In this document: positions 27,714-35,240 of the stretch, piece after piece
Position numbering within the stretch: position 1 is the first letter of the stretch
Layout of the letters: the number at the start of each line of letters is the position of its first letter
Origin: Candidatus Aenigmatarchaeota archaeon
GTDB lineage: Archaea; Aenigmatarchaeota; Aenigmatarchaeia; QMZP01; QMZT01
Direction: 5' to 3'
DNA length: 64,000 nucleotides
Assembly (NCBI GenBank): GCA_963726265.1
Contig: CAVSBQ010000002.1
Location: forward strand, 1,030,533 to 1,094,532
Translations under genes and position numbers: made by a program
Notes under the pieces: model-generated
Told to the model about the DNA's origin: nothing
Seen by the model: only the letters and a program-made list of their open reading frames with translations
The model's database searches: none

Positions 27714-27859
27714 GCTGAGATGGCCGAGTCCGGTTCAAGGCGCTCGCCTCGAGTGAGCTTTTTAGGAAAAAGCTCAAGCAAAAACGGCAACAGAAAGCTA
27801 ACGCTTCCGGGATAGCGAGTGGGCATCCGCCCGCGCAGGTTCGAATCCTGCTCTCAGCG
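27714..27859 (+). tRNA. tRNA-Ser(CGA) with a 60-nt intron at 37/38 (27754-27813)
   Basis: Acceptor GCTGAGA/TCTCAGC, anticodon stem CTCGC/GCGAG, long variable arm, BHB central helix CUCG/CGGG. Confidence 0.93.
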
Positions 27860-27868
27860 CTAACCATC

Positions 27869-27940
27869 GGGCTGGTGGTCTAGTGGCATGACGTCGCCTT
27901 CACACGGCGAAGATCGAGGGTTCAATTCCCTCCCGGCCCA
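27869..27940 (+). tRNA. tRNA-Val(CAC)
   Basis: GGGCTGG/CCGGCCC, TCGCC-TTCACAC-GGCGA, GAGGG-TTCAATT-CCCTC. Confidence 0.96.
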
Positions 27941-27977
27941 TGCTTATAAATCAGGCCAAAACATATTCACTATATCT

Positions 27978-28050
27978 GGGTCCATGGTCTAGTGGTTATG
28001 ACGTCTGCTTGACGTGCAGAAGATCGCTGGTTCGACTCCGGCTGGACCCA
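27978..28050 (+). tRNA. tRNA-Val(GAC)
   Basis: GGGTCCA/TGGACCC, TCTGC-TTGACGT-GCAGA, GCTGG-TTCGACT-CCGGC. Confidence 0.96.
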
Positions 28051-28098
28051 TGTTTTCTTGCACATCCCTTTTAATTTTTAACTGCTATTTATTCATTC

Positions 28099-28524
28099 AT
28101 GTTCGGTTACAAACCCCCAGGAAACATAGACAAGACACCCTATTATGTCAGCGACAGGTCCGATATTATTCCGAGAAGGCCGGGGGTGAGCCTGACTGAC
28201 ACGAACTATGCAGTTGCGAGATTCAATCAGCAGGCCGCTAAAGAAGGCCTCTACACCGTGGAGCTTGTGAGAAGTCTGCTTTTCCGCCACAGAATCGAAC
28301 CTGAGGAAGGCGAACCAGAAAGGGATATAAGATCGGATGCAGTCAGGTTGGCGGGGAAAAAAACCGGCACACCAGTCATCAAAGGAGGCGGCAGGCTGCA
28401 CATGATAGCATACACGCTGAAACAGGCAAAAGAAATATACGATTCTTTTATAGAAAAAGGCTTGGTAGCATCTCTGGATGAAAGCACTATTGCATCCGAA
28501 CTCAGAAAGATAATAGACGAGTAG
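28099..28524 (+). CDS. Hypothetical protein (orphan between two tRNA genes)
   Basis: 141-aa ORF with A-rich codons. Confidence 0.6.
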   Translation: MFGYKPPGNIDKTPYYVSDRSDIIPRRPGVSLTDTNYAVARFNQQAAKEGLYTVELVRSLLFRHRIEPEEGEPERDIRSDAVRLAGKKTGTPVIKGGGRLHMIAYTLKQAKEIYDSFIEKGLVASLDESTIASELRKIIDE

Positions 28525-28559
28525 GTTTTTATAAACAAGGCCGGATTATGTATTATCAT

Positions 28560-28741
28560 GCCCCGGTAGTCTAGCCCGGTCAATTCCCGAACAGAATTGA
28601 GTTCGGGAAACAGCGAGGATACCGGCCTTTCGGGTGCTTTTCGAAGTCTCGAAAGGTAAGAGTTTCGCTGCATGCCTCATGCACGAAGCAATGACTTCAC
28701 GAAGAAAGCCGGTGACCCGGGTTCAAATCCCGGCCGGGGCA
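28560..28741 (+). tRNA. tRNA-Glu(UUC) with two introns: D-loop 20b/21 (28583-28615) and 37/38 (28633-28706)
   Basis: GCCCCGG/CCGGGGC acceptor, CCGGC/GCCGG anticodon stem; both introns fold into BHB motifs (central helices CGGU/ACAG with one mismatch, and CUUU/GAAG). Confidence 0.92.
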
Positions 28742-28825
28742 TACTCAACCAAAGGCATGGGAATGCCCATGCCAGCCCACTCAGCCTACTTCTTATTTTT
28801 AAAACTTCGGCCTCAAAATTAAAGC

Positions 28826-29588
28826 ATGGTCAAATCTGGCTGCGAGAACTGCGACAACTGCGCGCTGTGCTGCAAGGGCTGGGACATCGAGCTCTCGAAG
28901 GAGGATATCAGGAACGCTGGTCACGCTGGGCTACAGGCCGGGCGATTTCCTCGAGACGAAGCCGCAGCCGAGGATGAAGGCCGTCGGCAAGGAAAGGGAC
29001 TGCATATTCCTGGACAGGGAGAGCAGGTGCGCTCTCGAGAAGCGCCACGGCCATTCAGCGAAGCCTCACACGTGCAGGCACTACCCGAGGATGAACGTGG
29101 AAAGGATAAAGGAGAAGGACTACTACTTCTACGAATACACCGGCAGGACGCTCTCAAGGGACGTGCTCGTGAAAATGCTCGAGCGCCTGAAAAACGCCGG
29201 AGAGGACGAGCTCTTCGAGGTCCTGCTTTTCCAGCTCGAGAAGCTCAGGAAGCACAGGGGCAGCTATATCGACGCCTTCAACTACGACGACAGGAGGAGG
29301 CATTCCGAGCTTTCGAAGGCGTTCGCCGCGAGAAGGCTTAAGAAGCTCGCGCGCAGCAGGGTCAGAAGCGACGACACGGTGGACTTCGGAAAAATAGGGA
29401 CGAGAAGGAAGTTCGACACGGCGAGGTTCATAGAGACGCTGCAGAAGAAAATCACGGAAGGCGAAGGGATAAACCCCAACCTGCCGGACATGCTGCTCGC
29501 CTACCTGTTCGCGATAAAAAACGCCGAGCCGCGCGATGCGAAGGCGCTGGCGGCATACTTCTTCGAGTGGAACGCCAAAAGGTTCTGA
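28826..29588 (+). CDS. YkgJ/FliB-family CxxCxxCC Fe-S or Zn cluster protein, +1 frameshift at about 28915
   Basis: CENCDNCALCC in one frame; CIFL..C and KPHTCRHYP in the next. Removing C28915 gives 253 aa. Confidence 0.82.
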
Positions 29589-29641
29589 TGCTGTTGCAAG
29601 TTTTTAAACCGAGAAGTCCATGTATTTTAAAGTGATAGCAA

Positions 29642-29806
29642 ATGCCAACCTTTGAAAAATATTGCGACAAGTGCGGAGAGCCGTGCACGGCGCTCAAGAA
29701 CGTGAACGGCAGGATGCTCTGCCCCAAGTGCAGGGGCGTCCATCTCCAGGAGGACGAGGAAGTCACGAGGAAACAGAAGCGCAGGAACATGTGGCTGGAC
29801 AAGTAA
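29642..29806 (+). CDS. 54-aa zinc-ribbon microprotein (below the ORF-track cutoff)
   Basis: MPTFEKYCDKCGEPCTALKNVNGRMLCPKCRG...; its TAA abuts tRNA-Leu G1. Confidence 0.75.
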   Translation: MPTFEKYCDKCGEPCTALKNVNGRMLCPKCRGVHLQEDEEVTRKQKRRNMWLDK

Positions 29807-29956
29807 GCGGGGGTACCCAAGCGGTCAAAGGGGCTAGAATACCTAATCCAAGGGTATGGCCAAGTTTAGGTATGGCTAAGTTCAGGCGTTGGCTGAAAAG
29901 CCATGGAAATGCCTAGTGCTTTAGTAGCTTCCAGGGTTCGAATCCCTGCTCCCGCA
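29807..29956 (+). tRNA. tRNA-Leu(NAG) with introns at 30/31 and 37/38; two alternative anticodon exons, UAG (29864-29870) and CAG (29880-29886)
   Basis: GCGGGGG/CTCCCGC acceptor, CCCAAGCGGTCAAAGGG D-arm, CTAG|G...G|CCTAG stem, Leu-type variable arm, CAGGG-TTCGAAT-CCCTG. Confidence 0.93.
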
Positions 29957-30014
29957 TTCTCTTTCTTTTACGGGCCTGAAAATGATTTATTAGCGAGTTC
30001 CCATAATCTTAATT

Positions 30015-30416
30015 ATGGCAGTTTTCGGCAAGACGCCTGACGAAAAGCAGGAAAGGATACTGGCCGACGTCATAAACAGGATGAACGAGAACGTGCAGAG
30101 GCTTCGCGTAATCGAGCAGAAGATGCAGGCGACGGACACGCGCATGAATTCCATCGAGCAGAACTTCGTCTCCTACAACAAGAACATCCAGAGGTCGGCG
30201 GCCGAGAGGGACGCGAAAATCGGCCAGCTCGAGGAGAGGGTGGGGAGGATAGAGACGACCTACAAGGAGATACTCAACCAGCTCAAGCTAGTCGCGACCA
30301 AAACGAACGTCGACGAGATTAGGCAGCTCATCTCGATATACGATCCCATGAAGTCGAGTTTCGTGACGAAGGAGGAGATGGAAAGCTTCATCGATGAAAA
30401 GCTTTCGAAGCCCTGA
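30015..30416 (+). CDS. Coiled-coil hypothetical protein
   Basis: 133 aa, heptad-rich, host-like codons. Confidence 0.8.
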   Translation: MAVFGKTPDEKQERILADVINRMNENVQRLRVIEQKMQATDTRMNSIEQNFVSYNKNIQRSAAERDAKIGQLEERVGRIETTYKEILNQLKLVATKTNVDEIRQLISIYDPMKSSFVTKEEMESFIDEKLSKP

Positions 30417-30481
30417 GGGAAAGCGGGGAAATTTAATATTTTAAGAGGATGAAACCAAATATAATATAAAAGGGGTGTCTT

Positions 30482-31315
30482 ATGTTCAATCCTTTCGGCG
30501 GCAAGAAGAAAAAAGGCGACGCTATGGAATCGATGGATTCGTCTTACGGAGGTCCGGCGGGTCCGCCATCTTCGAGGCCGCCCGAAAGAAGGATAGTCCC
30601 GAGCGACGAGGTAAGGGCATTCGCGTCGCGCGGCGTCCCGGAGCCCGACATAATCAGGGCGTTAAGACGCGAAGGTTATTCCACGACGGAGATAGACCAG
30701 GCCATGAAGGAAGCGCTTAAGAACAGGGTTTCGGGCGATTTCTACAGGCCTTCCAACGAATACGGCGAGCGACCCTTAGGAGGCCCGCCCGAGGCGCCGC
30801 CCGAGAGGGACGAGCTGCCCAGGAACCTCGGCTACCCAGGCGCCGACATGGTAGATGAAGAGCTGCCGCCACCGCCCGAGCCGGCCTTGAGGGAACCCGA
30901 ATTCCCGGACATGCCCGAGGGCGAATACTTCCAGCCGCAACCGAGGAGAGCGCCGGCAAGAGGACCGCAGAGGCAAGGCATAGACAAGCGCGAAATCGAA
31001 GAACTCGCTGAAGTCATAGTCGACGAGAAGCTGCGCGACATAAGAGAGCGCTTCAAGGTGGTCGATTCCCAGTTCCAGCAGATAAGCAGGAAGATGGATT
31101 CGGTCTCCGACGAGATGAACAGGATGCGCTCCGAGAAGAGCGGCGAGGTCAAGGGCATAGAGAGCAAGATAGACGGCTACTCCAGGAACATGGATGCGAT
31201 AAACGGCAGGATGGAGTCGATGGAGAAGGCGCTGAAAGACTCGCTTTCGCCCATGCTAGAATCCATGCGCTCGCTGGCCGACCTGGTCAAGAGCATGAAG
31301 GAAAAGGGCAAATAA
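30482..31315 (+). CDS. Hypothetical protein: small helical N-domain, Pro-rich linker, C-terminal coiled coil
   Basis: 277 aa, host-like codons. Confidence 0.82.
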   Translation: MFNPFGGKKKKGDAMESMDSSYGGPAGPPSSRPPERRIVPSDEVRAFASRGVPEPDIIRALRREGYSTTEIDQAMKEALKNRVSGDFYRPSNEYGERPLGGPPEAPPERDELPRNLGYPGADMVDEELPPPPEPALREPEFPDMPEGEYFQPQPRRAPARGPQRQGIDKREIEELAEVIVDEKLRDIRERFKVVDSQFQQISRKMDSVSDEMNRMRSEKSGEVKGIESKIDGYSRNMDAINGRMESMEKALKDSLSPMLESMRSLADLVKSMKEKGK

Positions 31316-31326
31316 AAATTGCCTTA

Positions 31327-32244
31327 CTATTTTTTTATCTTCAAAGTTATCTTGTTGGTCCTGCCCAGGCTTTGCACTTCGACGATGCCGCGCTCCTTGA
31401 GGCCCGTTATGATCCTCGAGACCTTTGCCTTCGAGAAGTCGCTTTCGCGCACGATGACCTTCTGGTTCGCCGAGCCCTCGTGCTTGAGCAGTATTTCTAT
31501 GACGACCTTTTCGTCCCCCTTCATCAGCGGCATGAGCACCTTTATCGAGTCCTGCTTGCGCGTCGTCCTCACGTAGAAAACGCCCAGGGAGGCGATCAGT
31601 ATCACGGCTATCACGACGGTTATGCCGATGTCCCATATGCTGCCCATGTTGGATGGCGGCAGGCGGTACGTCACGGCGTAATACATGTCCTCCCCGTTCT
31701 CCACGCTCTCCTTGTCCCAGTAGACCATTATGTGCTTGCCGTCGCTCAGGGTCTTGCCGTTCCTGGGCGTGAAGGACTCGTTAGGCGCGTCTGTCACGAG
31801 CGTCGCAGTCGGAGGCAGGTAGACGATGTTGAAGAACCTGTTCGTGCCGGTTTCGATGGGGACGAAGCGGTTGAATTCGTAAACCTCTTCGGCCTTCTGC
31901 GTGATTTCGTCGCTCAGGAACGATATCTCGATCTTTGCGCCGTCGTAGTTTTTGTAGTTTATGAAATCGCACGAGACGGATGACATCTCTCCTGCCCTGG
32001 TTTCACAGTCGGCGGGGGCGTATTTCGATTCGACCGTGACGTTGGAAATCCTTGCCTTGAATTTGTATTCCATGCTTTCGACGCTGGAGTTGAACGTCAG
32101 CGTAACGACGTTCAGAATGGTCGTATCTTCCTGAATCCAACTCTCTATGCCGTAGTAATCGAGATTCTGTGCCTTTGCAGGCCATATGAAACAATTCAGA
32201 GCCAGAAGGAACAATAACGCAGCAGCTATCCTGGGCTTTTTCAT
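31327..32244 (-). CDS. Membrane-anchored protein with an extracellular domain and a C-terminal winged-helix (COG2512-like)
   Basis: Signal peptide, one TM segment, then DEKVVIEILL..QKVIVRESDFSKAKVSRIITGLKERGIV. Confidence 0.85.
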   Translation of the reverse strand: MKKPRIAAALLFLLALNCFIWPAKAQNLDYYGIESWIQEDTTILNVVTLTFNSSVESMEYKFKARISNVTVESKYAPADCETRAGEMSSVSCDFINYKNYDGAKIEISFLSDEITQKAEEVYEFNRFVPIETGTNRFFNIVYLPPTATLVTDAPNESFTPRNGKTLSDGKHIMVYWDKESVENGEDMYYAVTYRLPPSNMGSIWDIGITVVIAVILIASLGVFYVRTTRKQDSIKVLMPLMKGDEKVVIEILLKHEGSANQKVIVRESDFSKAKVSRIITGLKERGIVEVQSLGRTNKITLKIKK

Positions 32245-32295
32245 ATAAAATATATTGGTTGCATAGAGTTTAAAAAAGTAATTTGGAAGCGGCAT

Positions 32296-33237
32296 TTATG
32301 ATTTAAATAACCCTTTCCTCAGCTCTTCAAGTTTTTTAACTCTTACGCTCCCACCGGATAAACTTGAAATATTATCAATCGTATGCTCAATGTTTTTCAA
32401 AAGGTGCATATATTCCGGTACTTTGTCAACTGACAGTTCAGGGCCATCAAATTCCGTTAGACCATCGGCGAATGCTCTCAAAATCTTTTCCCCGTCGCTC
32501 TTGTAATTATAAACAGATACCCTTCCAATCGGAAAAAGCTTCTTTTCTCTAAAGGGTACTTGAGGCGCCGTGCATCTTATAACATGAAAAGCTGCTATTG
32601 TTTCATTATCACTCATTTCTTTATAAACTTTCTCTAGTTCCCCAAGTTTTATTATAATCTCTTCCATTTTCAACGCTAATTGTTCGTTTTCTGCATATTT
32701 TCCAAGCTCTCTCAACGTTTCTTCGCATCTATCAAACCAAATGCCTTTATCCGAACTGGAATTAAACCCGCCTGTTTTAGCGTAAAAAAATTCCATGGGG
32801 TCTGTTTTCGGATCCCAAAAAACCCTGAATTCTTTATATGGAAGCTTCTCTCTCGGTTGAGCATCTTTTCTCGGATGATCAGCATCCTTTTCAGCATCTG
32901 GAGCATCGGGGAGGGACAGGAGGAAAAGCGTTGAAAAATCTCCGTGGATATATTCCTTTAGTGGGATTCTAAAATTATTTTCGAGCATTTTAATGTGATA
33001 CGCTTCTGAAAAAAATCTCCCTTTGGAAATTAAATTGCTGGTTTTGCCTATTCTGAGTTCTCCAATCTTTTCTGTAGTAAGATTATCCACGTGCGCGCAA
33101 GCTTTACTCAACTGTTCCGCGTCTCCTAGACAAAAATAGACTTCAGATGCAGCATGGACTGTATGATGGTATACTCCTTGCGCAATAAACAGGTTTGGCT
33201 TCAGAATTTCTATTTTTCCGGTCATGTTAACTAACAA
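32296..33237 (-). CDS. Hypothetical protein (AT-rich orphan, 313 aa)
   Basis: Long ORF with strongly A/T-ending codons. Confidence 0.7.
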   Translation of the reverse strand: MLVNMTGKIEILKPNLFIAQGVYHHTVHAASEVYFCLGDAEQLSKACAHVDNLTTEKIGELRIGKTSNLISKGRFFSEAYHIKMLENNFRIPLKEYIHGDFSTLFLLSLPDAPDAEKDADHPRKDAQPREKLPYKEFRVFWDPKTDPMEFFYAKTGGFNSSSDKGIWFDRCEETLRELGKYAENEQLALKMEEIIIKLGELEKVYKEMSDNETIAAFHVIRCTAPQVPFREKKLFPIGRVSVYNYKSDGEKILRAFADGLTEFDGPELSVDKVPEYMHLLKNIEHTIDNISSLSGGSVRVKKLEELRKGLFKS

Positions 33238-33301
33238 AATGTTAAATTTTATAAAGCCTTATTGTGCCTGCGGGCACGGCAAAGCGGCATGAAAAACAGC
33301 T

Positions 33302-33553
33302 CTACAGGCTTCTCGAGACCTCGACGGTCTCGGACGACTGGACGTGCTTTATCTTCGCGATTTGCTCCTCGAGCTTCGGTAGCGTCCCTTCCTCATCGGG
33401 AATGATTTTCGTGAACTTCCAAGCCTTGAGGCCGAAGGCGATGGGATCCTCCTCGAGGCGCTGGGGCTTGAGCTTCTCGAGTTCGTGCTTTACCGCATCG
33501 AAGAAATCCATGCTTTCCGGGATTACCCTGAAAACGACTATGACGTCACCCAT
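33302..33553 (-). CDS. ef1b: Translation elongation factor aEF-1beta
   Basis: FRVIPES, EEDPIAFGLKA; conserved position after the Zn-finger gene. Confidence 0.93.
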   Translation of the reverse strand: MGDVIVVFRVIPESMDFFDAVKHELEKLKPQRLEEDPIAFGLKAWKFTKIIPDEEGTLPKLEEQIAKIKHVQSSETVEVSRSL

Positions 33554-33610
33554 GTTTAACACCTCTAAAATCTATGGTTTGCCGGCGCGGCTTTGCCGCG
33601 CCTTTCGAAG

Positions 33611-33769
33611 CTACGGCCCTCTGAAGCCGCATGAGCCGCATTCGTACACGTTCGTCAGCTTCCTGCACTTGCCGCACCTTATTATCTTCGCCTTGCCGCA
33701 GCCGGGGCATCCGAACTCGACCCAGCCCTTCTGGTTCTCTATGTTGACTCCGCAACTTGAGCATTTCAT
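33611..33769 (-). CDS. 52-aa double zinc-ribbon protein (DUF1610/HVO_2753-like)
   Basis: MKCSSCG...FGCPGCG..IIRCGKCRK...YECGSCGFRGP, directly upstream of ef1b. Confidence 0.9.
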   Translation of the reverse strand: MKCSSCGVNIENQKGWVEFGCPGCGKAKIIRCGKCRKLTNVYECGSCGFRGP

Positions 33770-33924
33770 ATTCAGACCTCTCGCATGGTTGTGAATGGTT
33801 GTATCAATAATTATAAGGCGATATATTTAAATATTGCTCATCATTAATACTGTATTGGTCAATGACCGAGCCGGACGAACAAACAGGACAGCATAAACGG
33901 AAATGAAAACGCCGGCAAGGAGGG

Positions 33925-34299
33925 ATGGACATGCCAAAATTCGTGAAAGCGGAGATATCGAAGGATTTAACGGACAAGATTTACGAAGCCGTTGAAATAG
34001 CCCACAGCACGGGCAAGCTGAGGAAAGGGGTGAACGAGACCACGAAGTGCCTCGAAAGAGGGCTCGCGAAGATGGTCATCGTCGCTGCCGACGTCACGCC
34101 TGAGGAAGTCGTGATGCACCTGCCGGTTCTGTGCAACGAGAAGAAGGTCCTTTGCGTAGAGGTGCCGTCGAAGCTCGAGCTAGGCAAAGCCGCGGGCATA
34201 GAAGTGGGAACCTCAAGCATCGCCATAGAGGAAACGGGCGATTCGAAAAAGCTGGTCGAAGACATAAAGAGGAAGCTCGAAGGCCCTCAGGCCAAGTGA
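33925..34299 (+). CDS. rpl7ae: Ribosomal protein L7Ae
   Basis: GKLRKGVNETTKCLERG, AADVTPEEVVMHLP and LGKAAGIEV motifs. Confidence 0.97.
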   Translation: MDMPKFVKAEISKDLTDKIYEAVEIAHSTGKLRKGVNETTKCLERGLAKMVIVAADVTPEEVVMHLPVLCNEKKVLCVEVPSKLELGKAAGIEVGTSSIAIEETGDSKKLVEDIKRKLEGPQAK

Positions 34300-34308
34300 G
34301 CGTGAATT

Positions 34309-34509
34309 ATGGTCGTAGCAGCCGAAGTTTTGCAGGTAATGGAGAAGCTAGGAGTCAAGGGAGTGACCAGGGTCCGCTGCAAGGTGCTCGAAGGGCGCGA
34401 CAAAGGCAAGGTCCTCATGAGGAACGTCTCCGGCCCGGTTAGGAAGAACGACATCATAATGCTCAAGGACACGGAGATGGACGCTGCCGGCAGGATGTCC
34501 GGCGGTTAG
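34309..34509 (+). CDS. rps28e: 30S ribosomal protein eS28
   Basis: [24 protein letters not shown]. Confidence 0.94.
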   Translation: MVVAAEVLQVMEKLGVKGVTRVRCKVLEGRDKGKVLMRNVSGPVRKNDIIMLKDTEMDAAGRMSGG

Positions 34510-34549
34510 CCCATAACCGGGTCTTGCTGGAACGCTAAAGGTGTTAATC

Positions 34550-34750
34550 ATGAAATGCTCTATGTGCAAGTCGAACATGCCCAGGGGAACGGGCAAGATG
34601 CTCGTGAGGAACGACGGCAGGATCGTCTACTTCTGCAGCTCCAAGTGCCAGAAAAACTGGAACATGGGCAGGATGGACAAGAACCTGAAGTGGACGGGCG
34701 CTGAAACCCCAAAGAAAGCCAAGGTCAAAACCGAGGCGAAGGCCCAGTAG
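34550..34750 (+). CDS. rpl24e: 50S ribosomal protein eL24
   Basis: CSMC...GTGKMLVRNDG...FCSSKC...KWT. Confidence 0.95.
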   Translation: MKCSMCKSNMPRGTGKMLVRNDGRIVYFCSSKCQKNWNMGRMDKNLKWTGAETPKKAKVKTEAKAQ

Positions 34751-34767
34751 AATCCTGAAAGCCCGGA

Positions 34768-35172
34768 TTATTTTTCGCTTTTTTCTTCAGCCTTTTTCTT
34801 TTCAGGCTTACCTTCGTCTTTTTGCCTGCCTCTCACCCTGAGCTTGTGCAGCCAGGTCGCCAGGACCAGCACGACTGTTATCCACAGGTAGACGAGCAGG
34901 AAGCCGTAAAGGTAGAAGCCCACCGACACGGCCAGGCCCAGGCCCGCCGACGCCAGGTTCTGGAAAAGGTAGACCGGCGTCCTGAAGTTGATGTTCGTGT
35001 CCAGGAACATCAGCACCGCGGCAGCCATCATGGCGAGCGCGGCGAAGAACACGAGCACGTTTTCCGTTATGGCGAAGAAGATGAAGGACGACGTGAACAG
35101 GCTGCCTATGAGGAAGCATCTCCATGCCTGGAGCTTGTCTCCGACCTTCTTCGGGTTGTAGAGCAGCCTCAT
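34768..35172 (-). CDS. Hypothetical four-TM membrane protein
   Basis: Hydrophobic 134-aa ORF with a charged tail. Confidence 0.7.
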   Translation of the reverse strand: MRLLYNPKKVGDKLQAWRCFLIGSLFTSSFIFFAITENVLVFFAALAMMAAAVLMFLDTNINFRTPVYLFQNLASAGLGLAVSVGFYLYGFLLVYLWITVVLVLATWLHKLRVRGRQKDEGKPEKKKAEEKSEK

Positions 35173-35240
35173 GATAAATAATTAAAAATGGCATTTTATA
35201 AGTTCAACGCTTCCCGGGTTCGCCCAGGCATTCCATGCCT

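Noticed and set aside
27754-27813. TGA and GCT triplets in the tRNA-Ser intron as alternative Ser anticodons
   Set aside because: Neither is preceded by U33 in a duplicated splice context, and no second BHB is present.
28051-28559. Integrated element between tRNA-Val(GAC) and tRNA-Glu
   Set aside because: Only one orphan ORF; no integrase and no duplicated tRNA 3' end (att site) found.
28633-28706. A T-CTC-GA string inside the tRNA-Glu intron, suggesting a hidden Glu(CUC) alternative exon like the Leu case
   Set aside because: No bulge-helix-bulge geometry could be built that retains it; it lies in a simple 8-bp hairpin arm.
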